A DNA stretch of 38,744 nt from contig NC_057760.1 in the NCBI RefSeq assembly GCF_004010195.1, positions 4,454,522-4,493,265 of the forward strand. Reading direction: 5' to 3'. Below, piece by piece: positions 11,481-24,461 of this stretch. This DNA comes from Chiloscyllium plagiosum (taxonomy: Eukaryota). The notes beneath the pieces are model-generated. The model made no database searches and was not told the DNA's origin. It was given only the letters and a program-made list of their open reading frames with translations. Positions within the stretch are counted from its first letter, which is position 1, and every line of letters begins with the position of its first letter. Both the position numbers and the translations under genes were made by a program.

Positions 11481-12512
11481 GAAAATAATTCATCACAGGT
11501 TAGCAAGCAATGAAAGATTTATCCAAGAAATGTGAGAGGCATCAAATTAAACTCTTCCTTTGCCAATTTCTTACCTCCCCTCCTGCAGACCACCTCCTAG
11601 AAATGCAGAAGTACAGGCATCTCATCCAGATTAGTATTACTCATAGCTGGGCTCTGACAGTGACTGCTGACAGGCTATTCTACTTTGGGAAGAATCACAG
11701 ATAAGCCTCAGTCCGTCCTCACCTGTTGTAAATTCAGTCCTGGATTTGATATTTCATTTGTCTCAGAGGAAGCAACCGGATTCTTTTTAAGTTGACTTCA
11801 GCACACGATAAACACAACCTGCTGAATACAGTATCCATTGAGTTACACTAAAGAGGAGTATGGTTCCAGAACCAGATATAAACCAGAGTGAGTCTGGATG
11901 AATGACATGAGTGACCCTTTTGGGTTCTTCTCCAATTAAGATGTACTGGGGATGAGAAGGAAAATCGGAAATGAATGAACACACATCGTCATATATATTG
12001 AAAGGGATGTTGGCCTGAAAATTACCGGGTGTGTGAGAGAGTATGAAATGCAACCATGTGAAATGGTGAAAGTCTGACCGGGATCCCCCATATCAGACCT
12101 TGTTGAAATTTCCCAACTAATCATCTTTGCACCATTTCCCAATAATTTTGATATAAGTGTCAATTTGTTGCACTGATTTGTTGCAAATTTGGAATTAGAG
12201 TATGCATTGGTTGATGATCTTATCATTTGACTGTAACACCTGACCACACTGAAAAAGTCAATTTTCCTCACTCTAGAACTTTCTACCTGTTAATTGCAGA
12301 TTGGTTGTCTGTCTGTACATGATGCGGTACGTCAAAGAGTGTTATCTGCTTGAAGTCTGATATTGGTGTGATGTGGATAACTGTAATCATTTTCATTGAA
12401 ATGGACGAGCTGTGTACTTTGTAAAGATTATACAAAATATTAATTAGGAATTAGGAGCAGTATTAGGCCACAGGGCCTCTGAAGTCCGCTCTGCCAATAA
12501 CCCCAACCAAAT

Positions 12513-12735
12513 CATACGTATACACATACACACTGACTGAGTATATACATGCACATTATACACACACAGACACAAACATGTGGCAAACATACAGAGTAAA
12601 TACACATGGTACACACATTACATACATGGTATACATAGGGCACACATGCACACATACATGTAGAGAAAAGTGGACATATACATGTTAAAAGACAAACACA
12701 TTGTATCAAACACACAACTATATACAATGCACCAT
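12513..12735. repeat. Degenerate CA/TA-rich microsatellite
   Basis: Direct reading. Confidence 0.85.
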
Positions 12736-13004
12736 GTAACCTGTAAGCCACACAAGTTCACCCAAGCTCACTCTGTGCAGACACCAATGAGTGTGAATAT
12801 CTAGGTACCGCATTTACAGATACAAGTCTGAGAACCCACAGCTTGAGTTGGATCCTGACACTCTCTTGGTTTCCAAAGCTTTTTTATTCAGCTCTCTTTG
12901 TGACCAAATCACTTCCAATTTTTTCATTGTAATCAAATATATTTGTCAATGCATTTATGGAGAAGTAGAGGAGCTGCCGAAAATATGTTTCCAACATCAA
13001 TGGA

Positions 13005-13531
13005 TTTGGCACCTTTCCCTGCCACCGCAGGAACTGCAAAACTTGCGCCCACACCTCCTCCCTCACCTCTATCCAAGGCCCTAAAGGAGCCTTCCACATC
13101 CATCAAAGTTTTACCTGCACATCCACTAATATCATTTATTGCATCCGTTGCTCCCGATGCAGTCTCCTCTACCTTGAGGAGACTGGACGCCTTCTAGCAG
13201 AGTGCTTTAGGGAACATCTCCTGGACACCTACACCAATCAACCACACTGCCCTGTGGCCCAACATTTCAACTCCCCCTCCCACTCTGCCGAGGACATGGA
13301 GGTCCTGGGCCTCCTTCACCGCCGCTCCCTCACCACCAGACGCCTGGAGGAAGAACGCCTCATCTTCCGCTTATCTCTCCACGCTTCAGTCTCTCTGCCT
13401 TTATTCCCGATGAAGGGCTTTTGCCCGAAACGTCGATTTTGCTGTTCCTCGGATGCTGCCTGAACTCCTGTGCTCTTCCAGCACCACTAATCCAAAGTCT
13501 GGTTTCCAGCATCTGAAGTCATTGTTTTTAC
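13005..13531 (+). mobile_element. Penelope-like element: Zn-finger linker, GIY-YIG endonuclease remnant and tail
   Basis: GTFPCHRRNCKTCAH...IIYCIRCSRCSLLYLEETGR..FREH; VAQHFNSPSH...RRLEEERLIFRL; mutated hammerhead ccgatgaagggcttttgcccgaaacgtc. Confidence 0.9.
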
Positions 13532-13969
13532 CCCATAAAAATCAGGAAGACATGCTTTCAAAAATCAGCTTCAAAAATATTTTCTATCCAAAGATGTTGT
13601 CTGAAGGTTGACATCTTCAAGACTGGCCAATCTTGGCTAATCCAGGATTTCAGGTTTTGTCTTTTAAACCAATGAGACAGCAATGATGATGAGTCTGGGA
13701 AGTCAATGTGTTCATCACTTTGCTGATAATTAGAAGATCCTGACTGGGCAGTGATTGGCGAGGTTAGGTCTTGCTGGTTGTGAATCCAATATACTAGGGC
13801 AATTTTTAACTTTGTCAGGTCGATGTCAGAGTTGGAACAACCCGGTTAAGGGCACCACTAATTCTGTAGTATATATCTCCAGTACTATTATCAGAATGTT
13901 GTCTGGGCTCATAGTCTTTACAGTATCCAGTCTCTTCAGCCTTTTCTTGATATCATGTGGAGCAATTTT

Positions 13970-15198
13970 TTTCAATTTCAAAAATATACTTTATTCATAA
14001 ACAAATCTCGTACAGGACATTATTTATATCCATTTTGAGGCAATAAGAGGGTCTAACAACTGGACAGAAAGACCTCAGACGGTGGTCTTTCCCCATTGTG
14101 CCTTGACAGCAGCTGCCCCAGGCTTTAGTGTATCCCTCAGCACGTAGTCCTGGACCTTGGTATGTGCCAGTCTGCAACACCCGGTCAGAGTCAGCTCCTT
14201 GCTCTGGAAGACCGAAGATCGCTTTTCACCAAGTTGATGGTCCTCCAAGTGCAGGTGATGTTTTTCCTGGGGAACACACCATAGAGCACAGAGTCCTGTG
14301 CCACAGAGCTGCTTGGGTATGAACCTCGATACAAACCATTGCATCTTCCTCCAGATTTCCTTTGAAAGGCACATTCCAGAAGATGTGTGACAGTCTCTAC
14401 ACCCTGCTTCCTCACAGCCACTTTGAGGGCAGTGTGTGGTGGGCACACAGAGACCAGGAACACATGAAAGATCTGACCAACAGTGCACTTCTCCCCAACA
14501 GCCAAGTGATGCCTTGGTGCTTGTTGGAAAGTTCTGGTAATGAGGCATTCTGCCAAATGACTTTAACAGTCTGCTCAGGCAACAACCCGATAGGATCCAT
14601 CCTCTCCTTTTCCCTGAATCTTAAAGGCACTACGTGTTGAGTACTTCCTGATGGGCTTGTGGTCAAAGGTTTTATTCTTTGTAAATTTCTCCAAGGGCAG
14701 GCGTTAAGGAGTAGTCCAACTACTTGGAGTGTTTCATGGCAGTAGGCCAATCCCATCCTTCGTAACACTAGGGACAGGTAGAACCTCAGTACATAGTGAC
14801 ACTGGTGTTTGTGTACCAAGGACCTGTGCACAGCTTGATGCAGCTGCACGCAAAGGTGGCCATCAGGATGAGGGCAGCATTGGATATGTTCTACCCTCCC
14901 CTTTTTCCAGTGTTTAGTACATGGTGTCCCCCGCAAACCCAGTCTACCTTAGACCTCCACATGAAGTGGAAGATGGCTTGGATGATTGCAATGGCACAGT
15001 TTCAGGGAAAGGGCCAGATCTGCACCATGTACAACAACAGAGACTGACCCATACCTGATGACCACGATTTTACCTGCAGTGGACAGGAAGCAGTGCTCCA
15101 AAAAGCCCAGTTTCTGCCTCACTCTGGTGATGGCCCAGCTGCTCCGAAACATATTCCCAACACTTTCAGGTAATCTATGCTGATAGTGAAGAGGATAA
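13970..15198 (-). mobile_element. Tx1-like L1-clade retrotransposon ORF2, 3' part (frameshifted)
   Basis: QTVKVIWQNASLPELSNKHQ, ETVTHLLEC, KVQDYVLRDTLKPGAAAVKAQWGKTTV; A-rich tail. Confidence 0.85.
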
Positions 15199-16135
15199 AT
15201 AGACAATAGACAATAGGTGCAAGAGTAGGCCATTCTGCCCTTCGAGCCTGCACCACCATTCAATATGATCATGGCTGATCATCCTTAATCAGTATCCTCT
15301 TCCTGCCTTATCTCCATAACCCTTGATTCCACAATCCTTGAGAGCTCTATTCAACTCTTTCTTAAATGAATCCAGAGGCTGGGCAGAGTATTCCACACAG
15401 CAACCACTCTCTGGGTGAATAAGTTTCTCCTCATCTCTGTCCTAAATAGTCTACCCCGTATTTTTAAGCTGTGTCCTCTGGTTCGGCACTCACCCATCAG
15501 CGGAAACATGTTNNNNNNNNNNNNNNNNNNNNNNNNNNNNNNNNNNNNNNNNNNNNNNNNNNNNNNNNNNNNNNNNNNNNNNNNNNNNNNNNNNNNNNNN
15601 NNNNNNNNNNNNNNNNNNNNNNNNNNNNNNNNNNNNNNNNNNNNACTGCCTCTTTACCTAAATTGATTCCATTTAGGTAGTAATCTGCCTTCTTGTTCTT
15701 GCCACCAAAGTGGATAACCATACATTTATCCAATCTGCCATGCATCTGACCACTCACCTAACTTGTCCAGGTCACCCTGTAATCTCCTAACATCCTCATC
15801 ACATTTCACCCTGCCACCCAACTTAGTATCATCAGCAAATTTGCTAATGTTATTACTAATACCATCTTCTATATCATTAACATATATTGTAAAAAGCTGC
15901 GGTCCCAGTACTGATCCCTGCGGTACCCCACTGGTCACTGCCTGCATTCCGAAATGGAGCCGTTTATCACTACTCTTTGTTTCCTATCAGCCAACCAACT
16001 TTCAATCCAAGTTAGTACTTTGCCCCCAAAATCATGCGTCCTAATTTTGCTCACTAACCTCCTATGTGGGACTTTATCAAAAGCTTTCTGAAAGTCCAGG
16101 TATACTACATCTACTGGATCTCCCTCATCCATCTT
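15199..16135 (-). mobile_element. CR1 LINE (RT to 3' tail) inserted in the Tx1 copy
   Basis: VDVVYLDFQKAFDKVPH, SGVPQGSVLGPQLF, KFADDTKLGG; (ctattgt)n tail. Confidence 0.92.
15513..15644. other. Assembly gap, 132 N
   Basis: Run of N inside the CR1 copy. Confidence 0.99.
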
Positions 16136-16735
16136 AGAGTTCAAGGGTCAGTCGGCTCAGTTCCCAAAGAAAATGGTCTCTCTTTTGCCTTAATTTACCT
16201 TGCCATCAGAACTGGTCGCAGATGCTCATAGTCTGTGCACTGACAGCGGATCTGAGCAGAAAAAGGCAACATCTTCCACCTGCAGGCCTCCGCTGCCTGG
16301 AATAGTCACCCCTCCCAGGCTCACATCCTTCCTGATGGACTATACAACGCACAAACAAGGCAGGAGAGAGAGTGGGCAGCCCTGCCTGACTCTGGATCTG
16401 ACCGGGAAGCTTTCTGATTCCCACATGTTGATTGAGACTGCACTAATGTTGGTGGTGTAGAGCAGTCAGATCCAACTGTAGATACCCTCCGTAAAGCCAA
16501 TTTTGGACAGCACATCCCACATGTAAATGTGCGATATCCTGAAAGGCCTTCCCGTGGTCCAGGCTGATGAGGCAGGTGTCACCTCCCTTGTCCTGCACCT
16601 AAGTGATTGTATCCCTGAGTAGCCCGAGGCTGTCAGAGAGATGGTCCTGCCTGGTACAGTTTGAGTTTGGTCGGGGTGAAACACCGATCCCAGAGCAGAC
16701 CTGACCTGGTTGGTGATGACCTCAGTCAGGATTTT
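16136..16735 (-). mobile_element. Tx1-like RT domain (upstream part of the 13970 element)
   Basis: HPDQTQTVPGRTI, ISHIYMWDVLSKIGF, RVRQGCPLSP-like motif. Confidence 0.8.
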
Positions 16736-16914
16736 ACAATTTGCATTCAGCAGTTACATTTGTTGCCAATTTCTGATTGCCTCCCTCTCTCCCTTCCACT
16801 TGTAGATGAGGGTGATGATACCCTTCCTCATGGAATCACATACGCTCCCTGCCAGAAACTTCGTGAATACTCACTGGTTCCTGTGTTTCATCACCTTCAA
16901 ACAACCGCCTAACC

Positions 16915-17470
16915 TGGGAAATTCCACTATGTAATGTCCTCCTGTCTAATGTCAAATATTTCCCATCACACTCTGTTGGCCATCACTGGAGCAATTCCAT
17001 GGTCATGTTACTGCTGTCCCTGATATTCCATGAGCTGTAACTTTGCTGTCAGGTCTGTTGTGTCACACTGTATCAAATGCCTTTTGGAAATCTGTGTGCA
17101 TCACATCAATGAAATGACCCTCAATAACACCCTCTGTTACCTCATCCAAAGTTCCAGCAAGTTAGTGAAATTAAATTTGCCCTTAACTGGCATTCTATAT
17201 TAACCTAGACTTGTCTAAGTGACTGTTAATTTCATCCCAAATAAGCATTCCAAAGGTTTACCATCACTAGGATGATGCTGATTGGTCTTTTCAGTTTAGA
17301 TTAGATTACTTACTTCTGGAGTTTATTCTTACACACTTCCTCGAGCAAAGGTTTAATATTTGTAATTATTCAGTCCTCTGTCCTCTGACCTATTGGAAGA
17401 TTATGCTGGATCCTTTGTAATTTCTATCCTTACCCTATCAGTATCCTTTGATCTACCTCATTCAGTCCTG
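16915..17470 (-). mobile_element. Old CR1-type RT fragment
   Basis: tatcaaatgccttttggaaatc reads DFQKAFD on the minus strand. Confidence 0.6.
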
Positions 17471-18241
17471 GTGACTTATATCTCAGTCTCCTATTGTTCA
17501 AAAAAAATTCTGTATTTTAGTTTTTCGACCAAAGTGCGTAACATATATACAAATGTAAGAATATGTAACTTTATATATATGGTGCTCTATTTGCTATGTC
17601 TTGCTTACTCACCCAACCCAACTCTATCAGCTTTCGATGTTCCACAAACAGCCCTTCCCTTCTCACTAACTCCTAACTTTGTATAATCAGCATACTTGGG
17701 TGTTACATTCAATCCTTACATGGAACTCATTGCTATCGATTGTACAAAGCTGAGGTCTAAGTACTGTTCTTTATAGAAGCCTGCACAAATTACAATCTGC
17801 TTCTTGGTCTGAGATTGAAAGGTTTTGGAACCAGAATTAACGCAAACCATTTTTCCTGTTTCTCAATCTGGGTCATCACTGAACTGCAGTTGAGAGCAAT
17901 GTCAGATATCTCACAATGTGTACACCCCAGCTTGATATCTGACATTGCACAGAATTTAATAAAACCACATCTCACCTTGGAAACCTCCCATTACCACACA
18001 TTCCTTCTCACAACCTCTCGTACACCCCTTTCAAACATAGTCCTCCACATTATCACCCCCTCAATCTCCTCAAACAGGTACCATTTATCACCGTCTCAAT
18101 TTCCCACTGTTAAACTGAAAGTCAGTGTGAGAGGAAAGTGAGAAACAGAATGAGAGAGTGTTGTGTTCAAAGTCTGTGAGACGATTTGTAGCTTGGGTGC
18201 TCGTTGTTGTGGTTCTGTTTGCTGAGCTGGGAATTTGTGTT

Positions 18242-18281
18242 GCAGACGTTTCGTCCCCTGTCTAGGTGACATCCTCAGTGC
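18242..18281 (-). ncRNA. Minimal type I hammerhead ribozyme motif
   Basis: Reverse complement gca-CTGAGGA-t-gtcacct agac aggggac-GAAA-CGTC-tgc. Confidence 0.8.
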
Positions 18282-18504
18282 TTGGGAGCCTCCTGTGAAG
18301 CGCTTCTGTGATGTTTCCTCCGGTATTTGTAGTGGTTTGAATCTGCCGCTTCCGGTTGTCAGTTCCAGCTGTCCACTGCACTGGCCGGTATATTGGGTCC
18401 AGGTCGATGTGTTTATTGATTGAATCTGTTTCAGAAGCGGCAGATTCAAACCACTACAAATACCGGAGGAAACATCACAGAAGCGCTTCACAGGAGGCTC
18501 CCAA

Positions 18505-18544
18505 GCACTGAGGATGTCACCTAGACAGGGGACGAAACGTCTGC
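18505..18544 (+). ncRNA. Minimal type I hammerhead ribozyme motif
   Basis: Stem I gca/tgc, CUGAGGA core, stem II gtcacct/aggggac, GAAA, palindromic ACGT stem III; predicted cleavage after C18541. Confidence 0.8.
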
Positions 18545-18589
18545 AACACAAATTCCCAGCTCGGCGAACAGAACTACAACAGAGCGTTG

Positions 18590-18692
18590 TGTATGTGTGA
18601 GAGAGAGAGAGAGAGAGACAGAGAAAGGGTGTGCAGGAGAGAGAGGGAAAGTATGAGAGTGTGAGAAGAGACAATGATAATAAGAGAGAGAA
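18590..18692. repeat. GA-rich microsatellite
   Basis: Direct reading. Confidence 0.85.
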
Positions 18693-19329
18693 ATTTCTCA
18701 GTTTATTCTAACACTATCCTTTCACTTCTTGAACCTAGAACTGAACTGGGTGGGAGAGGGAAGGTGCACACCTCGACTCTGATAAGGCCATCTGAAGGTC
18801 AAATATGGCTCAATGCAAGAGGTTGATGAATTACTGCAGTTACATCTTCTCTGATTGATCACACAAATGCATTGTGTGTTGATGCAATTAGTGATGGGAG
18901 ATTTGCATTTGAGTGTGTTGTTATGTTTGGTACCAAGATCACTTCTGTCATCTCAGGCAGATGTAATAGATCCCATTATAAAAACAGGAGAGTTCCCCTG
19001 GACCAATCTTTACTGTGTATCACAGCATGTATGTTGTCTTGATGTATGAGGCTAAACTCTGTTTTCTTCAGCTCCAAATGAGTGCTTAGCACAATACTCA
19101 GTGTCCATGTCAACTCTACTTTTTCAGTCAATAAATGTATGCTCAGAGAAACCTGTTTATACTCACTTTCTAAGTCAAGGTGATAGTTGTGCTGGAGGAA
19201 GATGCACATGGGTTTAAGAGAATACTGTTTAATAGGAATGAAACCCCTACACCCGGTGTCATACTTTAAGCTTTGGATTTGAGTCGAACTCATATTTGGA
19301 AGATTTCTTCAAAGTTTCAATAGTCAACT

Positions 19330-19505
19330 TATGCATCAGGATTTCTGTTTCAATCAAAATCAGTAAAACAAATAATCCAGCATTGCCATATTGCTGGCTG
19401 TGGGATCTTGCTGCGCACAAACTGGTTGCCACATTTCTGTTGTTAAGATAATGAACTATACTTTGTAAGTACAATCACTAACTGTGCTGTGTAACATCCT
19501 GAATT
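19330..19505 (+). mobile_element. DeuSINE-like (SacSINE1/AmnSINE1-related) fragment
   Basis: gctgtgggatcttgctgcgcacaaactggttgccacatttc resembles the Deu domain as recalled, not aligned. Confidence 0.55.
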
Positions 19506-20254
19506 TCTCTGTCTTTCTGTTGTCTGTACTGTGTGTTGAGTAAATCTTGGTGCTACAACAGTTCAGTTCCAATCTTTGCTGTTTTACGAGTAATCCTGAG
19601 TGGGATGTTGTAGCTTTAATTGGGATGATTGATGTGTGGATTGAGCAGGCAGGAGTTACGTTTCATTGTTCCATGTTGCACAAATGGACTAGTGTCTGCC
19701 TTTGATAGTGTAACATTGGCAACTCTTAACTCAAGCATCCTGTTAGGAATATGATCTGTCAGGTTGGAAGTTTAAGACATTTCAAACTTCAGTGATACAT
19801 GGAAAAACAACAATTCACAGAAAGAGAGCAAACTCAAAAAGAACAGAGAGTGACATGAAAACTGGCTGGGTACAGACTACGATGACACACGTGCTCAGCA
19901 GGTTGTCAGCCACTATGCACCTGTATGCACCTCAGGAAAATAGCAGGCATTGTTAGCCCATCCTTTCTATTTCCCAATCTGGTAAAAAGCCTTCTCTTTA
20001 TTTAAACTATGAATCTTCCGACAGAGGAAGAAACTGCAGAACACTATCGGATAAAATAACAGCTGTCACGATTTGCAGGGATCTGTCCGAAACCATTGAT
20101 CTCAGGCTAGTCCTGGGTTATTCTCAATCAGTAATAAGCATGGAGGGGGGCAGTGGTGTAGTGGCATTGCCATTGAACTAGTAGAGTCCTTAGCTAATAC
20201 TAAGGGTAGGTTTTGATTCCTTTCATGGCAGAGAGTTAAATTTGAATTCAATGA

Positions 20255-20910
20255 ATAGGAACAGGAGTTGATCATTCAGCCCCTCAACCCTGTTCTGCCA
20301 TTCAATGGGATCATGGCTGATCTGAGGCCTAACTCCATATCCCTGCCTTTGGCCCATATCCCTTGATAGCTTTGCTTAACAAAAATATATCAATCTCAGC
20401 TTTAAAATTAATAACTCACCCTGTATGAATTGCTGTTTGTGGAAGACAGTTCCAAATCTTTGTGTCGAGAAGTGCTTCCTGACATCTCTCCTGAGCAGTC
20501 TGGCTCTAATTCTCAGATTAATCTCCCTAGTTCTAGAATTCCCAACCAGTGGGAATGTCTTTTCCTGTGAAAATCTTGAATACTTCAATCAGATCCTTAA
20601 CTTTCTAAAGTTCAGGTGCCATTATTATAAACCTATGTTGTTCTCCCTCCAGGGCCACTATAATTCTTCCAAAGGTGTGGTGTCCAGAGTTTGGTTGGCA
20701 TGAACCAGTTTGGGCCAAAGGACCTATCTCTGCGCTATAGGACTTTGTAAGATCTGCTCTGGGTATTCCAAGTGGGGTCTATCTAGCATTTTGTATTATT
20801 GTAGCATCACTTCTGTATCCTTGTACTCCAGTCCTCTCAATATAAAGGTCAGCATTCCATTAACTTTCCTGATTATTTTCTGTACCTGGAGTCTTCATTC
20901 CTGAGATAAC
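20255..20910 (-). mobile_element. CR1 LINE 3' portion
   Basis: Minus-strand ORF FPLVGNSRTREINLRIRARLLRRDVRKHFSTQR; gatcatggctgatc tail. Confidence 0.8.
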
Positions 20911-23728
20911 CTGTTGGAGAGTCCATGACTGGCAAGTAGTTTACTTTGAACAGACGAGGAAAGATTTAACTGTTGATCAGAATAGCTGCACATTTTGAAC
21001 TACCTCTTTTCTGGGGTCTGGATTTCCAAGAGATCTGGAGCAGTGTAATTCTGTGGTTGACTGCCAAATGATGAGTGTGATTACCGTTACAAGCTTCTCA
21101 AAGGTCTAGTGCCTCTCAAAGAGCACAACACATTTCAAGCACAATTTCAGTCGATTCTATTAACCTTTTCTGAACAAATGTACCAGAAAATTTAGCTTAG
21201 ATCTACTTGGTCTCTGACTGAGCATGAGAGGGAGAAAACAATGTTAATGTTAAACTTCTGGGCTTGTTAGGCCTGAAGTTAACAGATTAAACCCCACGAG
21301 GATGCTACATGTTTCCTGGGTCTTTACATCGCAATAAAAACTCAATCGAGGAAGGGCAGAAAATGAGCACAAGCAAAGATCCACTCAACTAATATCGTTA
21401 ATCAGCAACGCTGTTCTTAAAGAGTGTTAGTTCCAATGTTAGGATCTGAGCCTGAAGCAGTCTACACAACATCTTGCAGGAAGTGTGGGGGTTAGAAACT
21501 GGATTGGAATCCAGAGTGGAAGTTAATGTTAACCCATAAAATACCAACCATCCAACCAAGAGATAAGGGAGAATTGTGAAACTATTTCAATAAATCTGGA
21601 TCTATTCATTGGCAGCAGAAAGCAAAGTGATCACCAAAATTGTTGGTTGTTTAAAACTCCCAACTAACTTCACTCACGGTCCTTACAAAATCTGCCGCCT
21701 CAACCCAGTCTGGCCATAACTTCACTCCATTTCCTCATCAAGTGGCTGAGTAAATCAACTCGCCAGAAACCACAAGCAGTAGCAGAAAGCCCATTAACTT
21801 GTCAGAGTAACTAGGCATGAATAATAAATTAGTACTGTCTACATCCTGAAATCAAATGGGAAAATAACATCTTACCAATGTTAAAAATCTCCCTTGATCT
21901 TTGTGATGCGAACAGATCAAATTCAGCTTCATTAAAGACTAAAGCAATATTTCGGACATATTTTATTTTGGCTTTTAATGTGAGCAGATTAAAAAAAAGT
22001 TGAGAAACAGTACAACAAACCAAAAGTGTAAAAAAATGCCCTCACTATTCATAAACATGTAGAAAATATGTAGCTTTATAGCAACAGTACAAGAATATCA
22101 GTACCACAATCACAAGTGGCAAAGCTTGTGGGATATTTGATGAGCTGCCCAACAATATCTCAGCTATTCTAAATTGTGGCAAAATGTGGACAAGGCACAG
22201 TGTGAGACCAAGTTCATCGATCGCATAAAGAGCCTGACCAGCACAGATTGTGGAGAGCAAACATGGAGGAACACCCCCGCACCTCCTTTCATATTGAAAA
22301 CAACCATCTCAGTTTTACTCTTTCTGGATTTTGTTGGGAACATTATTTCTGGAATCCTTTCAAAAAACCGGTTTGGCTCCCAATGTTTTGATCTCAGCAC
22401 AGAGAATGTTACGAAAGAAATGTAAATTATCTTTCCTGCAGGAATAATATGAGTGCCAAGGACAAGAACAGCATTCTAACAGATCGAGTCACGATTAGGG
22501 AATAGGGACTGTGGGTGGGCAAGAGAGAGACAGGTTTGTCTCAATGCTGCTGATTTATTTGATGCTGTTTTACACAGGGATTAATGATGAGATTATCCAT
22601 CTGGAAAGTCATCACTTTGTTCCTTATTCTGGTCTGCTAGTTAGATAAAAGTAATAATATTAAGTTTAGGATTGGTTGTGGTGGTATAAATATATGGTCA
22701 TCTTTGAATAGGGGAAACAGAGGGAAGTTGGCTGATGAAAGTTCAGCAGCCTCTGAGGCAAGGTCATGTATTTAACTGTTGGACCCATGGTTCATTATGG
22801 GAATCCTGACCCCCATTCATCTTTGCAAATTGACTTGCTTTGAGAAGCCAAGGTGAAAATGCAAGATCTAATATCTAGATTCATTGTTTGAAAAGAGGAG
22901 AAAAGAAGATAAAGAAGCAGAAGGTCAGGTAGGAGCAAGCTTAATTTGTCAGAATCTCAAGATGGACTCAATATGGATTGGAGGGACAAGGAATGGTATC
23001 ATTTTACAACATCATGCTGTTTTGTTGAAGCTGCCCCATTACACATCATAGGAAGATGAGCACTGAGTCAGAGAGAGAGTGTGATTAGAAGCAGGTGGGA
23101 TTTAAAAAAAGGTGTCAAAAGAGCATAGAGATGTTTACACTTTTGAATCAAGTTCCAGGATCCATACTCAGTGATTAGAACTGGGGGAAATGTCAGGTCA
23201 GGTTATTTTAACGAGGATTAATGTCAAATGCCAATCAGATTATGGCAAACTTTACCATCTCTGCAAGACCAGTGTTTTAGTGATCTCTCTGTGAGAGGCT
23301 GATGAACTGTGGCCAAATCACGTTTCTACCTGATGCTTACTTTGCACGACCTGATGCTGTTGGATGTTTAACATCCCCTGGGCTTGAAGGAGGAAATCAG
23401 TGCAGTCTCCCACACCTCATCACCATCCAGTGTACACCATGGCCTATTGGGTCATTCATCATGGTGCACCTTTCACTGCTGATTAGCTTATCACCTTCAC
23501 TGTCTCAGAGTGAATGAGAGGCAGAGTGAAGGATTGTTGTGGTGCTGGGTACAGCAGGACAGCACAGGAGGAAAGGAGATTTGCAGGTGGGGTTCTTTCG
23601 GTTTATTTCCCTGCTAAATTTTACAGTTACTCAGTCAGAAAAATTATTATTCTGAGGGCCTGGATCTTCTCAGGGATAAGGCAACACAGTGACTGGCAAC
23701 ATTTTATAAAATCAGACCAGTAGGTATT

Positions 23729-24228
23729 NNNNNNNNNNNNNNNNNNNNNNNNNNNNNNNNNNNNNNNNNNNNNNNNNNNNNNNNNNNNNNNNNNNNNNNN
23801 NNNNNNNNNNNNNNNNNNNNNNNNNNNNNNNNNNNNNNNNNNNNNNNNNNNNNNNNNNNNNNNNNNNNNNNNNNNNNNNNNNNNNNNNNNNNNNNNNNNN
23901 NNNNNNNNNNNNNNNNNNNNNNNNNNNNNNNNNNNNNNNNNNNNNNNNNNNNNNNNNNNNNNNNNNNNNNNNNNNNNNNNNNNNNNNNNNNNNNNNNNNN
24001 NNNNNNNNNNNNNNNNNNNNNNNNNNNNNNNNNNNNNNNNNNNNNNNNNNNNNNNNNNNNNNNNNNNNNNNNNNNNNNNNNNNNNNNNNNNNNNNNNNNN
24101 NNNNNNNNNNNNNNNNNNNNNNNNNNNNNNNNNNNNNNNNNNNNNNNNNNNNNNNNNNNNNNNNNNNNNNNNNNNNNNNNNNNNNNNNNNNNNNNNNNNN
24201 NNNNNNNNNNNNNNNNNNNNNNNNNNNN
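23729..24228. other. Assembly gap, exactly 500 N
   Basis: Round length suggests a placeholder scaffold join. Confidence 0.99.
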
Positions 24229-24461
24229 CCTGACCCTTTGAAGGAAAATCATTTCAATCCAACAACAAATCCATTGATGCAGAGCTCTGACCAGATAGGA
24301 ACAGGAATTTGGGAACAGTGTGGGGACGATGTCCATCCCAACAGCAACACAAAGACTCTGACACAGAAAGCAAACCAAGTGTCGGAAGTGTTTAAACCTG
24401 GTGAATGTGGCAGCTTGTGAATCTATTTGCCTTGTTTATGAAGTAGGTGTTGGACACAAAC

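Larger units (their letters stand above)
18167..18580. mobile_element. Self-inverted Penelope-like insertion
   Basis: 147-bp arms 18206-18352 and 18434-18580 with 3 mismatches; spacer encodes DSINKHIDLDPIYRP (Penelope-type ORF end) on minus; TSD agag(t/c)gttgtgt at 18155-18166 and 18581-18592. Confidence 0.92.

Noticed and set aside
18096..18674. 192-aa minus-strand ORF
   Set aside because: Chance read-through of a microsatellite and the Penelope palindrome
22045..22425. Cluster of short ORFs
   Set aside because: No recognisable domain or consistent splice signals
23704..24378. 224-aa ORF or next LTBP4 exon
   Set aside because: Mostly N; the candidate exon near 24357 lacks EGF cysteine spacing and reaches a stop in the phase-1 frame
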